A stretch of DNA of 62,935 bases, counting the filler, from Craspedostauros australis (lineage: Eukaryota), in the NCBI GenBank assembly GCA_030167865.1. It is 12 parts of 12 records of this genome, joined end to end, with 100 filler letters (N's around TTAATTAATTAA, not from the genome) between each part and the next. Parts side by side here need not be neighbours in the genome. Positions count along the whole stretch, not along the records: positions 8,788 to 19,907 come from JALAGF010002738.1; positions 20,008 to 21,276 come from JALAGF010002739.1; positions 21,377 to 22,661 come from JALAGF010002740.1; positions 22,762 to 24,537 come from JALAGF010002741.1; positions 24,638 to 26,529 come from JALAGF010002742.1; 7 more parts are not named here. One strand, written 5' to 3'. Made by a program: the position numbers and the translations under genes. The notes beneath the pieces are model-generated. The model was not told the origin of the DNA and did not search any database. It saw only the letters and a program-made list of their open reading frames with translations. Shown here piece after piece: positions 11,922 to 24,638 of the stretch (positions are counted from its first letter, which is position 1; each line of letters starts with the position of its first letter).

Positions 11922-12824
11922 ATGCCCAAGGCTGCAATAATCGCACGAAGACGATGGGGCGCTGCTCCGGTGTCCGTACCGGCCGCGCCTCCACGAATGG
12001 TGTCCTTCGAAGACGGCCATGACGTGCCCACCTCGGATACCCCGGCCAATACGCCCGGTGACTCCGCTGCAGCTAGCACGCGGATAGAAGCCAAGTTGGG
12101 ACTGTCGCGCAGGCCAACGAGCAAGTGTCTCAGCAGCATGGCGCTCGAACCCACAGGCGCGTCGCATTGCGGCGAGTCTCCCACCACGAAGATCGACATC
12201 ACGACGAGTGCGCACGCGATGTACATCCCGTACCCGCTCACAGGCGCGCAGGCGACGAGGAGTGAGACGAAGGGAAGGCATGTCAGCAAGCAACGAGAGT
12301 CTAGGCGTGGATGCAGCAGTCTCGACAGCAATGGCGACAACTGGGGACACTTTGTCAACATCGTATCGGACCTGGACGGACATCCGATGGCGCAAAGTGC
12401 CAACAAACCGCGTCGTCGCAGACATCCTGCACGCAACGACGAGGACCGATGTTTGCACCCTCGTCGATTGCGGGATTCCACCAACCGCCATCTGGAACGC
12501 AGGCTGCGATGTCGCGCGTCTCCTTACTCGGTCTTTGCCAATCATCTGAGGCACGCCAAGCGTCTCTGTCCCACCATCTCGACGCGCCGGCTCGATCGGC
12601 TCGTCGATCGCAATCTGCACCAGCCTATGAGAACACTGCCGTCATCACCCGTCATCGACGCGCCGACGGTGTCGCGAACATGCCATCCTCCACCACTCAG
12701 TGTCTCCTGTGCAACGATACGATGCGCCTCGTCACTGGACCCGTTGGCGGATGCAAGCAATCTCATCACGGCGGTGCAGAAACTGCATGTCACGGACGAG
12801 GCTCGCACTCGGCCAGCAACATGA
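11922..12824 (+). CDS. Hypothetical protein (300 aa), Ser/Arg-rich, with a WGHFV motif
   Basis: ATG-started ORF after a CAA-rich leader and before an AT-richer 3' region. WGHFV[DN] is a motif I recall in diatom orphan proteins. No recognisable domain. Confidence 0.6.
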   Translation: MPKAAIIARRRWGAAPVSVPAAPPRMVSFEDGHDVPTSDTPANTPGDSAAASTRIEAKLGLSRRPTSKCLSSMALEPTGASHCGESPTTKIDITTSAHAMYIPYPLTGAQATRSETKGRHVSKQRESRRGCSSLDSNGDNWGHFVNIVSDLDGHPMAQSANKPRRRRHPARNDEDRCLHPRRLRDSTNRHLERRLRCRASPYSVFANHLRHAKRLCPTISTRRLDRLVDRNLHQPMRTLPSSPVIDAPTVSRTCHPPPLSVSCATIRCASSLDPLADASNLITAVQKLHVTDEARTRPAT

Positions 12825-13550
12825 GACCTCCAGCACGAGCGCGGACATAAAGTACGTGCTCTCTGCAGAATGTAGCATACTCTATACGCTTATCGGACTT
12901 ACAACTCACACCAATTTTAATTCTAAAACAGAATAACATCTCAGAACTGTGCATGCACTCAATAACTTCACCCATATCGACAAAGTGTATTCTGACCTCA
13001 TTGCTGTATCTGTACAATGATACGTTGCCCGCAAGTTGGTTGTTCGTCATGCAAAGACGCACATTGCGAGACTACAGCAACGGTTCCTCTGCGCAGTCCC
13101 AACACGATCGTGAATACAGTGCTGTCGTCCGGCTCCTTGTTTGGCAAACATCCCCTCACGATCAGTTCGGACAATCCGAGAGAACCGACACAAGCTCCCA
13201 AACCACCGCGCTGCTACATGTGCATTGGAGCAGCGATGGGGCGAACTGGCAAAGGTACCGTCTCAGCACCTGCAAAGAGCGAAGCACGCCTGCAACCGTT
13301 TTCCATGTAACATAGAATATCATATTCTACAGTCGTATTCTATGTAATGGCATTACTCTATCGAGTGTCGTTGTTCCTGTATTGGTATGTTACTTGATGT
13401 AGATAGTTTGCGGGAGCGCTTGTTGGTTGTGGCCATGGAGCAGGAGCGGTCTTGTAAAAATGTTAAATTGATGGGTCATCGTACCTATTATATGCAATAG
13501 TCGAGCATAGAGTTCGTGGAGTACTCGATGTGCTGTTGTGGCAAGGTTGG

Positions 13551-14192
13551 TTACTGCGGGCATGGTCCGTTCGATCGGTGCCCGTCCATATCCGTGCCAT
13601 GGCCAGCGACAGTGACAGTGTCAGGGCGCGGCATGCTTCCTGCCTCCTCAGTGCCATCTGCTTCGAAGTCATCCACCATGATATTCACAATGTCATCGGC
13701 AACCAACGAGAGTACATCGTCAATGATACCGATCATCATGGCACTGGACATCTGCGTGTCGACATGCGGCGGATGAAACTGATCATGGCAGGCACGTTGC
13801 GCATGTCCTGGCGTGAATCCCAACATCATCTCTCTGCTCCCTGCATGCCCAGAGGTGATGGCTGCGTTCTCCGAAAACGCGACTGTTGCAGCATGGGTGC
13901 GATCGTAAGGTAGGCGACCTGGAATGGCGCGGATGTGATCGTGCGTCCAACTGGTGTGACGAGAAGTGGCGTGACTCGCATCATTGATGAGTGCAGTCAT
14001 CATGTGAGCGGTGTCATCGTGCAGGCTGTGCTGATCCATGTGCTGCGGATGTGCACGGACGGTGGAGAGCAGTGTTATGGGTGATTGCGACGTTGGTGTA
14101 CGATGCTGCCAGATCCAGGAGGGTGAAGCAGCAGTGGCAAATGATGATGGACCGTTGCAGTCGTTGTTGTTGTTGTTGTTGTTGTTCCTCAT
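13551..14192 (-). CDS. Hypothetical protein (~213 aa, poly-Asn N-terminus)
   Basis: ATG at 14192 inside a 321-codon open frame, preceded by an ATCA/CAA-rich leader. No domain recognised. Confidence 0.4.
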   Translation of the reverse strand: MRNNNNNNNNDCNGPSSFATAASPSWIWQHRTPTSQSPITLLSTVRAHPQHMDQHSLHDDTAHMMTALINDASHATSRHTSWTHDHIRAIPGRLPYDRTHAATVAFSENAAITSGHAGSREMMLGFTPGHAQRACHDQFHPPHVDTQMSSAMMIGIIDDVLSLVADDIVNIMVDDFEADGTEEAGSMPRPDTVTVAGHGTDMDGHRSNGPCPQ

Positions 14193-16213
14193 GGTGCGTT
14201 TGTGTTGAAAGTTGCGACTGGGTGGCTTGATTGATGGATCGATTGATTGACTGATTGCTTGGTGATTGGTGATTGGAGTGGATGATTGACGAAGTGATTC
14301 AAATGTTGCTGATGTTTCTGATGTTGCTGATGTTATGAGCAGATGTGAGCAGGCATCAGCAACTCGGCAATCTCCGACAGCCTCGATACGGGCGTGCACT
14401 GCACATACCGGCCATACTGTGGGATGGTGATGGATTGAAACTGAGAGTGTGAGTCGCTGCTGCAACTTGACGACGGAGAAAAATGATGACACCGGCTCAC
14501 CTTGTGCCATCCCCAACAGTGGGCGAATTCGATTCCGCGAGTCATCGAACTAAGACGATCGCAGGAGTTGTCTTTTCGTATCGTTTCTCGAGATTCACGG
14601 CTTTGCGCCGAGTATGCGGAATAGACCAGAGTAGTACTGTACAGTGCTCACACACACCCCACACATGTCTGCTTCCTCGATTGAGAGTCAAATTCGCGGA
14701 AGTTCATGACACAAGCCTGCCTGTTGTGGAAAAAGTGAACACAGATTCACCACATTCGAGGGAACCAGAATTCACGACAGGCGCTTCCACTGTTGCACAT
14801 TTCACTAGTGGTCTGGCGTGATTCTCGATGTCCTCTGCCCCCTACACCTACCAAAACGACCAACAAAATCCAGAATCAACACGTTTCTCGCATATGATTG
14901 GTATAAAATTGCCTACGTTGACAATGCACAATTGTGGAAGCGCCTACGTTTGCAGCAGAGGATCATGTCGCGAAGTTCTCCTCTGCCACAAGACGAGGCA
15001 CAGAAGCAGCGAAGAATGCGATGATTCGCGATGTCATTACCGCTTCCAACCCGCTGTGCACCATCCCAAGCAAAAGTGAACAATCCCACGAACGACGGGG
15101 AGAAGTCGGACGAGCAAACAATCGAGTAATTTAAGCCACAGATAGCAAAGAGGTATGACATGCACCACCATGACATTGACATCCACTCTGCAGAAGAAGT
15201 TAGCATGTCTCCTGCCCACCATACATCGATTGCAATCATGGGAACGCTCCCATTGATGCAAGTGAGCGAGACGCTGCACGTGCATGGTTTTAGAGGCGCA
15301 AAGGTAAAGATCTTTATATGATGCCACAAACAAAACCGAGTGGCGGATGCGGAGCAGCCGCATATGCGCCGCACTACAGATACGAGCACTGCCATCTTGA
15401 TCGTAGCGCTGAGAACTGCCGAACTTGCAAACGGAGGCAGGCGACATGACGGATACTCCATCATTCAGGAGAAACGGGAGGGGAGAACATGACCAACTTA
15501 TCCATGAGTTCGCTGGGCAGTACAGATTGGCTATGGTACAGTCTTCTGCATACTCTTGCATGCTTCTGTTCCGTCTCTGGACTATTTACGGGCTACGATT
15601 GGAGAGCATGTATGATGGATTGCCCACGTATCGCAATCTCTCTTTGTTCTGTTTGACGAGGATGAAGATCAGCGATGTCTTTACATGCACAAGCAAATGG
15701 ATCCCCATGTGAGCATCGACTTCGCTTGATGCTGCGTGAGAATTGATCCTCGACACTCACTCGAATCTCGCATGCATCCTTGTGGACTTCGGTATGGCAC
15801 GATTCTTCTCTTTGCTTTGCTCTGTATTCGTAAGTTTTCATCGGTCGCATGCCACGAGGCAAGTTGCTCACGTGGTCAACCACATCAGAGCGCTTTGTGT
15901 TGACCACACACATGAGTGCCAATGCGACAGCTTACTTGTTTGGGTCTGCACTTTACGGCATTGCACTTGACTCCGTGGCATTGGACTTTCCAGCATTGCA
16001 CTTTCCAGCATTGCACGTTGCTGCCTCGATGAGCACGAACATTCCTATGTATGGTATTCTACAGGTATGGTACGACTACTCTACGTGTGCGGCTACGCGT
16101 GCGTGCTCTACTCCACGTACATCTAATAGCTCGACCAAGTTCAAAAATTGCGGGTGCCGTTCCCCTCCATCAGCAGGAACTTCGGAAGTGACCCCGCGAG
16201 TTACTCGGAAGGC

Positions 16214-18139
16214 TCAAGCTGCCCAGTAGTCATCACTGGTCGACGCCTTCTGCTCATCTTCGTGCCATTGCATCCCCTTGATCATGGTGGACGAAAGGAA
16301 GGCAAACAACGTCGTCCAGCTCTGCTGGACGGGCGGCGTCCAAGCATCACCGAGCCCCATTTCCAACGTCTTCAGCATCGCCTGTCCGACGATGGGGAAA
16401 TGCTGCGGCTTGGCGCCGTACTGGGCGTGCCGCTTGCCGAGATCTAGCAAAAGCTCAACGACGGGCTCCAGATCGAGGCCGATGATATTGGTGACAGCAT
16501 CCACCATCCGGACCACGCTGCGCGCGTGCACCATGAAGACCGGATCCGCAAAGATGGCGGCGTGATCAGTTTCCTGGCCGCTGGCGTGGTGCGCACCCGG
16601 GAACATCTGCTCGATGCCGGGGGCGAGATCGAAGATGTTCTGGAAGAGGATCTGGGCGACGAGGTTCTCGTGGTCGGGGATCTTCTTGACCTGACTCCAG
16701 GTTGCGTGGATATCTTGGAGGATATTGGACGAGGAGAGCAGGGCCCCGGCCTCCGGACCGGCAACATGAAAGGCCAGCTCCTCCTCCGATGTTGATAGGT
16801 ACGTGGATGCGGAGGTCGAGCTGACGCTGTGGTACGATGCCATGCTGGATCGTCTGCTGAGCTGTTTGTCCTGAGAATCGTGAGTGGCAGCGCTTTCACG
16901 ATGGATGGAGTCGCGGGTCGATGATCGGTGATGGTGCGACTGCGACTTCGATGACATCGCCGACGACTCTCCAGAAAGACGGGGGCGGCTCTGCCGGCTG
17001 CTGTTGCTACCCATGCTGGAGATGCTACGTCTGCCACGCATTTTTGGCTTGGACGATCCCGATGGGCGCGTCTGACTTTTGCGTTCCTGCTGCTGCTGTC
17101 GATTTCTTTGCTGGAGTTCTTGCGCACCTTCCATCATGGTGGTCGAAACGACCGCAAAAACTGCCTTCCATGCGTGCTCCATCTCCGCAGTCCATTCCTC
17201 CACTCCCAACGCCCCCTCCAGCGTCTCCAGCAATGCCTGACCGACGACATCGTAATGAGCCGGTTGGAGATCGTACGCCGCATGACGACCCCCCAGCTGC
17301 TTCAGCGTGGCCGTGAGTAGGTCCAGGTCCGTTGCCAGCAGATCAATCGCCGCGCCCAAGGTCGAAACGACGCCCGTGGAGTGCTTGATGAAGGCCTTGG
17401 AATGACGGTACATGGCATCCGGGATGGAGTGCTCGTACGTGCTGGAAGAAGAAGAGGGGTACATGAAGAGCTCGCCGCCAAAGCCAAACATCTGTACTGC
17501 ATCTGGTGCGATGGCAAAGATTCTGTATCACAACATATAGCAGAGGGAGCAGTATCAAACCATTTCGAAGAGCAAAAGACCGATAGCTGTGGGGTTAGAA
17601 TGGATGGACGAATGGAACGAAGCCACGAGAGTTTCCCGCGATACGAAATGAAGTCAAGGAGCTGGGGCGTCAAAGACCGTCAACCTGATGGCGCAGAGTT
17701 TCGTTGTTTCTCCCTTCCCGTTCAATGACCTTTGGTTGCCCACCCAGGCTTGCGACTCCTCAGCGCCTCCTGTCCCGTTGGTCACATCGCAGGCACAGAA
17801 CAGATGAAGCAAAGTACGGAACGTATCATGACTCCGAGACCACTATCCGCCGTGGTCATTTCGGTCATCATCGACAACACAGCGCGATGCATGAAGGACG
17901 TACCTGCGGAAGAGGAGTTCACCTGCCACCTTCTCGTGGTTTGGGATCTTCCTGATCTGATCCCAAGACTTGCGCACTGCCGCGACAACCGAGCGTGGGA
18001 TTGCGACATCGTCATCTTTGCTGCTGCTGCTGCTGGATGTCGCATTCACCGGGGCTGCGCTTGTTGTTGTGTTTGTGGAGAATGCAGTGCTTTGCGATGC
18101 CAGCTGTTGCGAGACTGGTGAAAGCATGGCTGATGACAT
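16214..18139 (-). CDS. Two-domain (tandem) neuroglobin-like globin, 514 aa; exons 18139-17904 and 17522-16214
   Basis: Intron 17903-17523 (GTACGT...ACAG) joins KSWDQIRKIPNHEKVAGELLFRR to IFAIAPDAVQMF in frame. Both domains have A-helix Trp, CD1 Phe, distal His (FIKH, FMVH), proximal His (LGGRH, LGKRH) and VGQA/H-helix W motifs. A Ser/Arg-rich linker separates them. Confidence 0.92.
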
Positions 18140-19513
18140 GGTGGGTGGCGTGATGAGCTTGTCCGTCGTCTGTCGTCTGTTGTATGCGTGTCGTCGTAGC
18201 CTTGTTTGAGTTGGAAAGGGTGGATCTGGCTGTCTCTTGTGATGGATGAGCAGATCTGCGATGTTGTGGACGCAATGATGAATGGAGGAACCGACAGGGC
18301 GGCTGCTTGCGTTGGTTGCGTTGGCTGTGATGGTATGTGACAACTTGGACAACTTGTGACAACTTGGACAACTTGTGAAAGCGTTTGGCAACAGAGTGGA
18401 AGACGAAATCAATTGCGTGGTTCTATTGGGAGAGAGCTTTCGTTGTGGCCGTCTCGAATGCCTCTTCGTTGCCCTGTCTGCTGCTCTGCGTCCTCTCTCC
18501 TCTCGGTGCCTCGCTTTGCGTCGTATTGCATGACTTGTGCGTCTAATGCGTGCGCAGCCACCTGTGGCGTTCCGCCGCTCGGTTCCGTCCGCTTCTGCTC
18601 TTCGATGTGGCATTTTGTGACGGGCTTGGTTTCATGACTTCCGCCACCACTTCGTCGTCATGAAGCAGTCCTCTTCTTCGTCAAACGCCGAACGCGAACA
18701 AAAAGCTCCAGAACAATAATAAAAAGTCATGTTTTAACCCCCATGCCTTTGTTGCGCTGAAGAAAGGGAAAATGACCATCCAGAATCTGTCGCTCAAAGG
18801 CACAACGATTGATGATGGTCTTAGTTTCAATACTTATACTGTGCCTGTGTTACCAAGAATCGCTTCACGTGGTACTTCACGACCTACATCATCGCCTCGT
18901 TGTACTTATGCAAAAGCGCAGTATATTCAATACTTTTAGCGATATTTATTGTATCAATTGTGGAAACGTTCGGTGAAGAGGAAGGCGTTGAAAATATCCA
19001 GACACGGCTATCAACTCTTGTGCCTTTGGGTCACGAAACAAAGAAACAAATGACCCTCGCGGGAGTGTTTCGCCATCGGTCATCCTGTGTGTTCATTGCG
19101 ACCTGCACAGCTTTCTTGACGTTAGAGAGTTATCGCATGTAACTTTAAGCCATCCCCTGAAACTGTCGATGTGACGCGATTTGGGACGCCTCCCCCAAAG
19201 GTTCGCTGTGACATTGAATCTTGGAAGGACTGAAGTAAATCAAAGTAATCATACGATGACGTCATCAAGGTTGTCTAGCCTTATCCATGTTTTCAAGTAG
19301 CCTGCCTTGTCGCGAGATTCTCACAAGAGGAAGTTCGTTCCTCTCCACTCGTCCTTTCCGTTCACAACGAACAAAAAATAATGTTCAGCGCTTCCACCTG
19401 CATGTTCGTGCTTGTTCGTATCTTTGCCTCCTCTTCCCTTTCAGTGTCTCTGCCATGTTGGTCATATGCACCACTTGCCTCGCATGTGTTCCCACAATGG
19501 ACTTCTCCGAAAG

Positions 19514-19907
19514 ATGTCTCAACGCGTGTGGAATTGCTTGCCCGAGCGCGAGGCCTGCGCAGAGGCAAGGGCCAGATTCGTGCATGCCGCTACATGGCTA
19601 GCTCAGCTTCCAATAGACAATCTTGACGATGACGACATGGAGGATCTCCTTCTGCACTTCCGCGATGTGCTTGCCCTTGGTGTGCACACGCTGCGACTGT
19701 AGCATCAATACCTTCTTCCACTGGATCCTCCCCGGATTCATAGCAATCGCGGCGTCACAATTCGTCAGCTGTCAGAGAGGGATGCTCTGAAACACTTCCG
19801 GTTTTGGAAGGACCACCTGCGTCGAATCCTCGTCGCGCTTTGGCCCAAATTCAACGCTGTGTCTGGTGAGGCCGATCCCAGATCTATACAGGTCAAGAAT
19901 CGTTTGG
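19514..19907 (+). pseudogene. PIF/Harbinger-like transposase N-terminal fragment with an in-frame stop, cut by the contig end
   Basis: Reading through TAG at 19700 gives TIRQLSERDALKHFRFWKDHLRRILVALWP...KNR, resembling the 'FRF' helix region at the N-terminus of Harbinger transposases. The catalytic domain is not in the window. Confidence 0.5.
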
Positions 19908-20007
19908 NNNNNNNNNNNNNNNNNNNNNNNNNNNNNNNNNNNNNNNNNNNNTTAATTAATTAANNNNNNNNNNNNNNNNNNNNNNNNNNNNNNNNNNNNN
20001 NNNNNNN

Positions 20008-22661
20008 AAGAGATGCGCAGAGTGCAATGGTTGTGTTCGAAGTACTGCTTCGCAAGAGACACCCAGTCACTGCTTTCGCTCCTGCCAGTTTTCCTATCTT
20101 CGAGACACATGGCTTTGAGACACCAAGCTAGACATGCGATAGCACATGTATGCAACCACACAGACTGCAAGATAGATTGGTAACATCTTCATTTGCGCTC
20201 ATTGACATTGTTGCTAGACGTGAAGAGTTGAGGTAATACTTCTGAAAACTGTACGTGTATGTTCATGTCTGACTATTCAAACAACGGTAGTCTATCCCGA
20301 ACGTGGATTGGCCTGACCGATGATGCACGTTTGATGGTGCTCGAGTTGAGGAGGGCCCGGTAGCAGACATCTTCATGGTTGTTCTTCCGCTGGTGAGGTT
20401 GACCGCTGCATGATCGTGACGATCGGACGCGGTGCTGACTGATTCGCCAATCTATTAGTGGTTACCCGCATCCCCCAGGCTGTATTTGTCCGTTGAGTCA
20501 TTGAGAGTCACGCTCAGTACCTGGGAATGATAGNGCGTTCTTCGTCTCNGATTTCCAGCGAACACGAGCGCTTTCGGCACATGTGAGTATCATGATACTA
20601 TGCCCCAACACAGATGAGGAGCGGTGAAACTACAGTGACCGACGTGGCGAACGCACCNGCACNTCGAAGAGGGAGGGGCAATACATGGGGGAGAACACGC
20701 TCCAGTGTCCAAGCCCCGTCGGATCGGTGTTCTTCCGAAGTTTCGCACTCGCGAACGTGCATTGGCACTCGCGTAACCGTCACTGAGTATGTTAAGCGGC
20801 ATGCGTTGGTAGTGACATGGTCACGACACAGGACCGACATGAGATCCCTATGAACACGCCTTGGACACGACACAGACGTGCGACAAGCACGACATGAACA
20901 TGCGACAGACACGACAGAGGACCGGATCGACGAGCAAGGGGACGCGCAAGTGACGAGCAAGGGGACGNNNNNNNNNNNNNNNNNNNNNNNNNNNNNNNNN
21001 NNNNNNNNNNNNNNNNNNNNNNNNNNNNNNNNNNNNNNNNNNNNNNNNNNNNNNNNNNNNNNNNNNNNNNNNNNNNNNNNNNNNNNNNNNNNNNNNNNNN
21101 NNNNNNNNNNNNNNNNNNNNNNNNNNNNNNNNNTAGCACACGTATTTGATCTTGATTGCAACATCATTCTGAAACACAGTTGACAACAGAGTTTTGCATC
21201 GCAGCGTCTCCAGACTGATCACCTACGATACTGTGACATCTCTCTATAAGTAAAGTGCGGTAAGGGACATGTCGATNNNNNNNNNNNNNNNNNNNNNNNN
21301 NNNNNNNNNNNNNNNNNNNNTTAATTAATTAANNNNNNNNNNNNNNNNNNNNNNNNNNNNNNNNNNNNNNNNNNNNAAGAGATGCGCAGAGTGCAATGGT
21401 TGTGTTCGAAGTACTGCTTCGCAAGAGACACCCAGTCACTGCTTTCGCTCCTGCCAGTTTTCCTATCTTCGAGACACATGGCTTTGAGACACCAAGCTAG
21501 ACATGCGATAGCACATGTATGCAACCACACAGACTGCAAGATAGATTGGTAACATCTTCATTTGCGCTCATTGACATTGTTGCTAGACGTGAAGAGTTGA
21601 GGTAATACTTCTGAAAACTGTACGTGTATGTTCATGTCTGACTATTCAAACAACGGTAGTCTATCCCGAACGTGGATTGGCCTGACCGATGATGCACGTT
21701 TGATGGTGCTCGAGTTGAGGAGGGCCCGGTAGCAGACATCTTCATGGTTGTTCTTCCGCTGGTGAGGTTGACCGCTGCATGATCGTGACGATCGGACGCG
21801 GTGCTGACTGATTCGCCAATCTATTAGTGGTTACCCGCATCCCCCAGGCTGTATTTGTCCGTTGAGTCATTGAGAGTCACGCTCAGTACCTGGGAATGAT
21901 AGNNNNNNNNNNNNNNNNGATTTCCAGCGAACACGAGCGCTTTCGGCACATGTGAGTATCATGATACTATGCCCCAACACAGATGAGGAGCGGTGAAACT
22001 ACAGTGACCGACGTGACGAACGCACCCGCACATCGAAGAGGGAGGGGCAATACATGGGGGAGAACACCCTCCAGTGTCCAAGCCCCGTCGGATCGGTGTT
22101 CTTCCGAAGTTTCGCACTCGTGAACGCGCATTGGCACTCGCGTAACCGTCACTGAGTTTGTTAAGCGGCATGCGTTGGTAGTGACATGGTCACGACACAG
22201 GATCGACATGGGATCCCTATGAACACGCCTTGGACACGACACGGACGTGCGACAAGCACGACATGAACATGCGACAGACACGACAGAGGACCGGATCGAC
22301 GAGCAAGGGGACGCGCAAGTGACGAGCAAGGGGACGNNCAAGTGACNACCAAATTTCTCGCAATTACCGTGGTTTTGTCNNTGTGACATGNNGCGAAANN
22401 AGNCCATACTACGNTGTCTAATCTAGTTGTATTTTAAAGGGCGGCAGAGTGCACTTTTCAAAAATAGACTGCATGAATGTAAGCGTACTATCCATATCAT
22501 GCTAGCAAACGTGTTTGATCTTGATCGCAACATTATTCTGAAACACAATCGATAACAGAGTTTTGCATCGCGGCGTTTCCAGACTGATCACCTACGATAC
22601 TGTGACATCTCTCTATAAGTAAAGTGCGGTAAGGGACATGTCGATTTTTCAGGAATCGACG
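20008..22661. other. Two allelic or alternative contigs of one locus (20008-21276 and 21377-22661)
   Basis: Both start at the same base, are identical for 526 bp, then collinear with scattered SNPs up to GTAAGGGACATGTCGAT. Confidence 0.9.
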
Positions 22662-22761
22662 NNNNNNNNNNNNNNNNNNNNNNNNNNNNNNNNNNNNNNN
22701 NNNNNTTAATTAATTAANNNNNNNNNNNNNNNNNNNNNNNNNNNNNNNNNNNNNNNNNNNN

Positions 22762-22990
22762 ATTCTCAGATATGGATGCCTTCCAGATGGCCTGGAGACC
22801 TCATACTTCGTGACCAGACACTTTTGGGCGTGTTGTAAGTGCCCGTCAGGTTGGATTCGATTGTGATTGACATTTTATATGCACATTTTGACAATCTACT
22901 GCACAGTATTGTGCGTAGGTCACAGTACTACCACCCACAGCACTCGATATCCACAAACTCAGATTTGAATACCTTCCAGAAGGATCCTGG
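22762..22990. repeat. ~193-bp tandem-unit repeat downstream of the MULE transposase
   Basis: Circularly permuted match to 5157-5372; CTCAGAT.TG.AT.CCTTCCAGA.GG occurs twice about 192 bp apart. Confidence 0.75.
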
Positions 22991-23228
22991 TCCTGGTTAG
23001 CTGGGAGTGTACCCAGTCGAACGCCCTTGATGCACTGCAAGTGTTCAAATGCCATCAGCTTGGGCCTTCTAATGTACACCGTGCCAATGCATGACACACT
23101 GTAGACAGCATGAGACACTTCTAGAGCCATGATGATTCAACAGACTACTATACATCATCATTGTATTGTAGAGTGTTATCTACAGGGAATGTAATGGCAA
23201 ACTATACCATTGTGCTATGATGGTTAGT

Positions 23229-24537
23229 CTATTCTTCATCCTGCACGCTGCCTCCCAGTTGTTCCATCACTTGGGGCAGGATCTTGTCGACTTGTTTCTT
23301 TTTGCTCTTCACAAGGGTGGATGGAATTGGTTTTGGGCAACTGTGAAGGAAGTGGCCGAGCTCGCCGCATCCTGGGCACAGTCGCACTCCTCTGGTAGCT
23401 GATGGATTGTCGCTATTGGTAGTTTTCCGCTTCCGACCCGACTTCGCGGAAATCATCATGGGCACCACATTCTCTGCCACCAATTGTCTTCGTTCCACCC
23501 TTGCTCGTTGAATGGGCACCACCTTTTTTCCGTGTTGCTCCAACCATGTGGCAGTATGCCATTCCTTGCTGTACCAACCAACGTTCTTGTAGTGAAAGAC
23601 GCCTGGCGGTGCATTCCTGGGCCTAGCAGCGTCTGCGCGGAACACTGCCAGGATGTGGAGACAGGGCCTCTTGTACTCCAATGGAGCACCACAGGTGCAG
23701 GTCATTGCAAAGTCCGATCTGAGAGTCACTTCCTCAGAAATGGTAGGGCTGTCATACCACATGACACTCGCTTTGATCTCGGAGTCATGTACACTGTCCA
23801 CGAGCACGTTTAGTTTCCCGGATTTTTTGTTCAGCATGTCCATGTCAGACATGCAACGAGGAGTCAAGACATTTCCAGTGTTCCAGTGTTCTTCTGCCTT
23901 CATGGCTTTCTCCATGCGCTTGTCAGCCATGTACTTGATAACACCTGCCACCAGTGTGCAAAGGGGCTTGTCTCTGATGTGTTCGAGGGCTGCATTGACC
24001 TGTTCGGAAGAATTAGACGTGACGATACCAAAGCGATGTTGATTGGGTTTGCGAAGCAACAAATGTGTCAGGCATTTATGTTGGCGTTGAATAAACCATT
24101 CGTGGAGTTTTGGATTCTGTGCCTGGACTTGGCTCAACTTCTGATCTGCATAATTCTCATTGCAGGCATACACAGCTGACTTGAGGAGCTTGTGCTGTCT
24201 TGAGGTCATTGTCAGCTGCTTGTTGGATGAAACATTCTTGTCCAAGATGTGGTACATGCAACGCGTGTGAGTGACGCCCCATCCTGCCAACATCATTTGC
24301 ACTTCGCCACTCTCAAGGCCCTTCGCACCATCGCTCATGAGCAGGCGCACCTTTGGAAAGCTGTNCCTCACATGATCGAGGAACCATTTCCAGTTGCTTG
24401 CTGTTTCAACAGGGAGAATGCCAAATGCAAGAATGACGAGTTGGCGTGATGCATCATAAGCGGTCAGGAGGCACATGTAACCCTTCACTGCAGATCGAAG
24501 GTGAGTGGCATCCACGCACACCATACCATCGAAATGA
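23229..24537 (-). CDS. Mutator-like (MULE) DDE transposase, 5'-truncated
   Basis: CVDATH, LAFGI...ET...W.WFL, MSDGAKGL, RCMYH, TSNSSEQVN (catalytic D, D, E and CxxH), SWIM finger CTCGAPLEYKRPCLH and zinc knuckle CPGCGELGHFLHSC. Confidence 0.92.
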
Positions 24538-24638
24538 NNNNNNNNNNNNNNNNNNNNNNNNNNNNNNNNNNNNNNNNNNNNTTAATTAATTAANNNNNNN
24601 NNNNNNNNNNNNNNNNNNNNNNNNNNNNNNNNNNNNNC

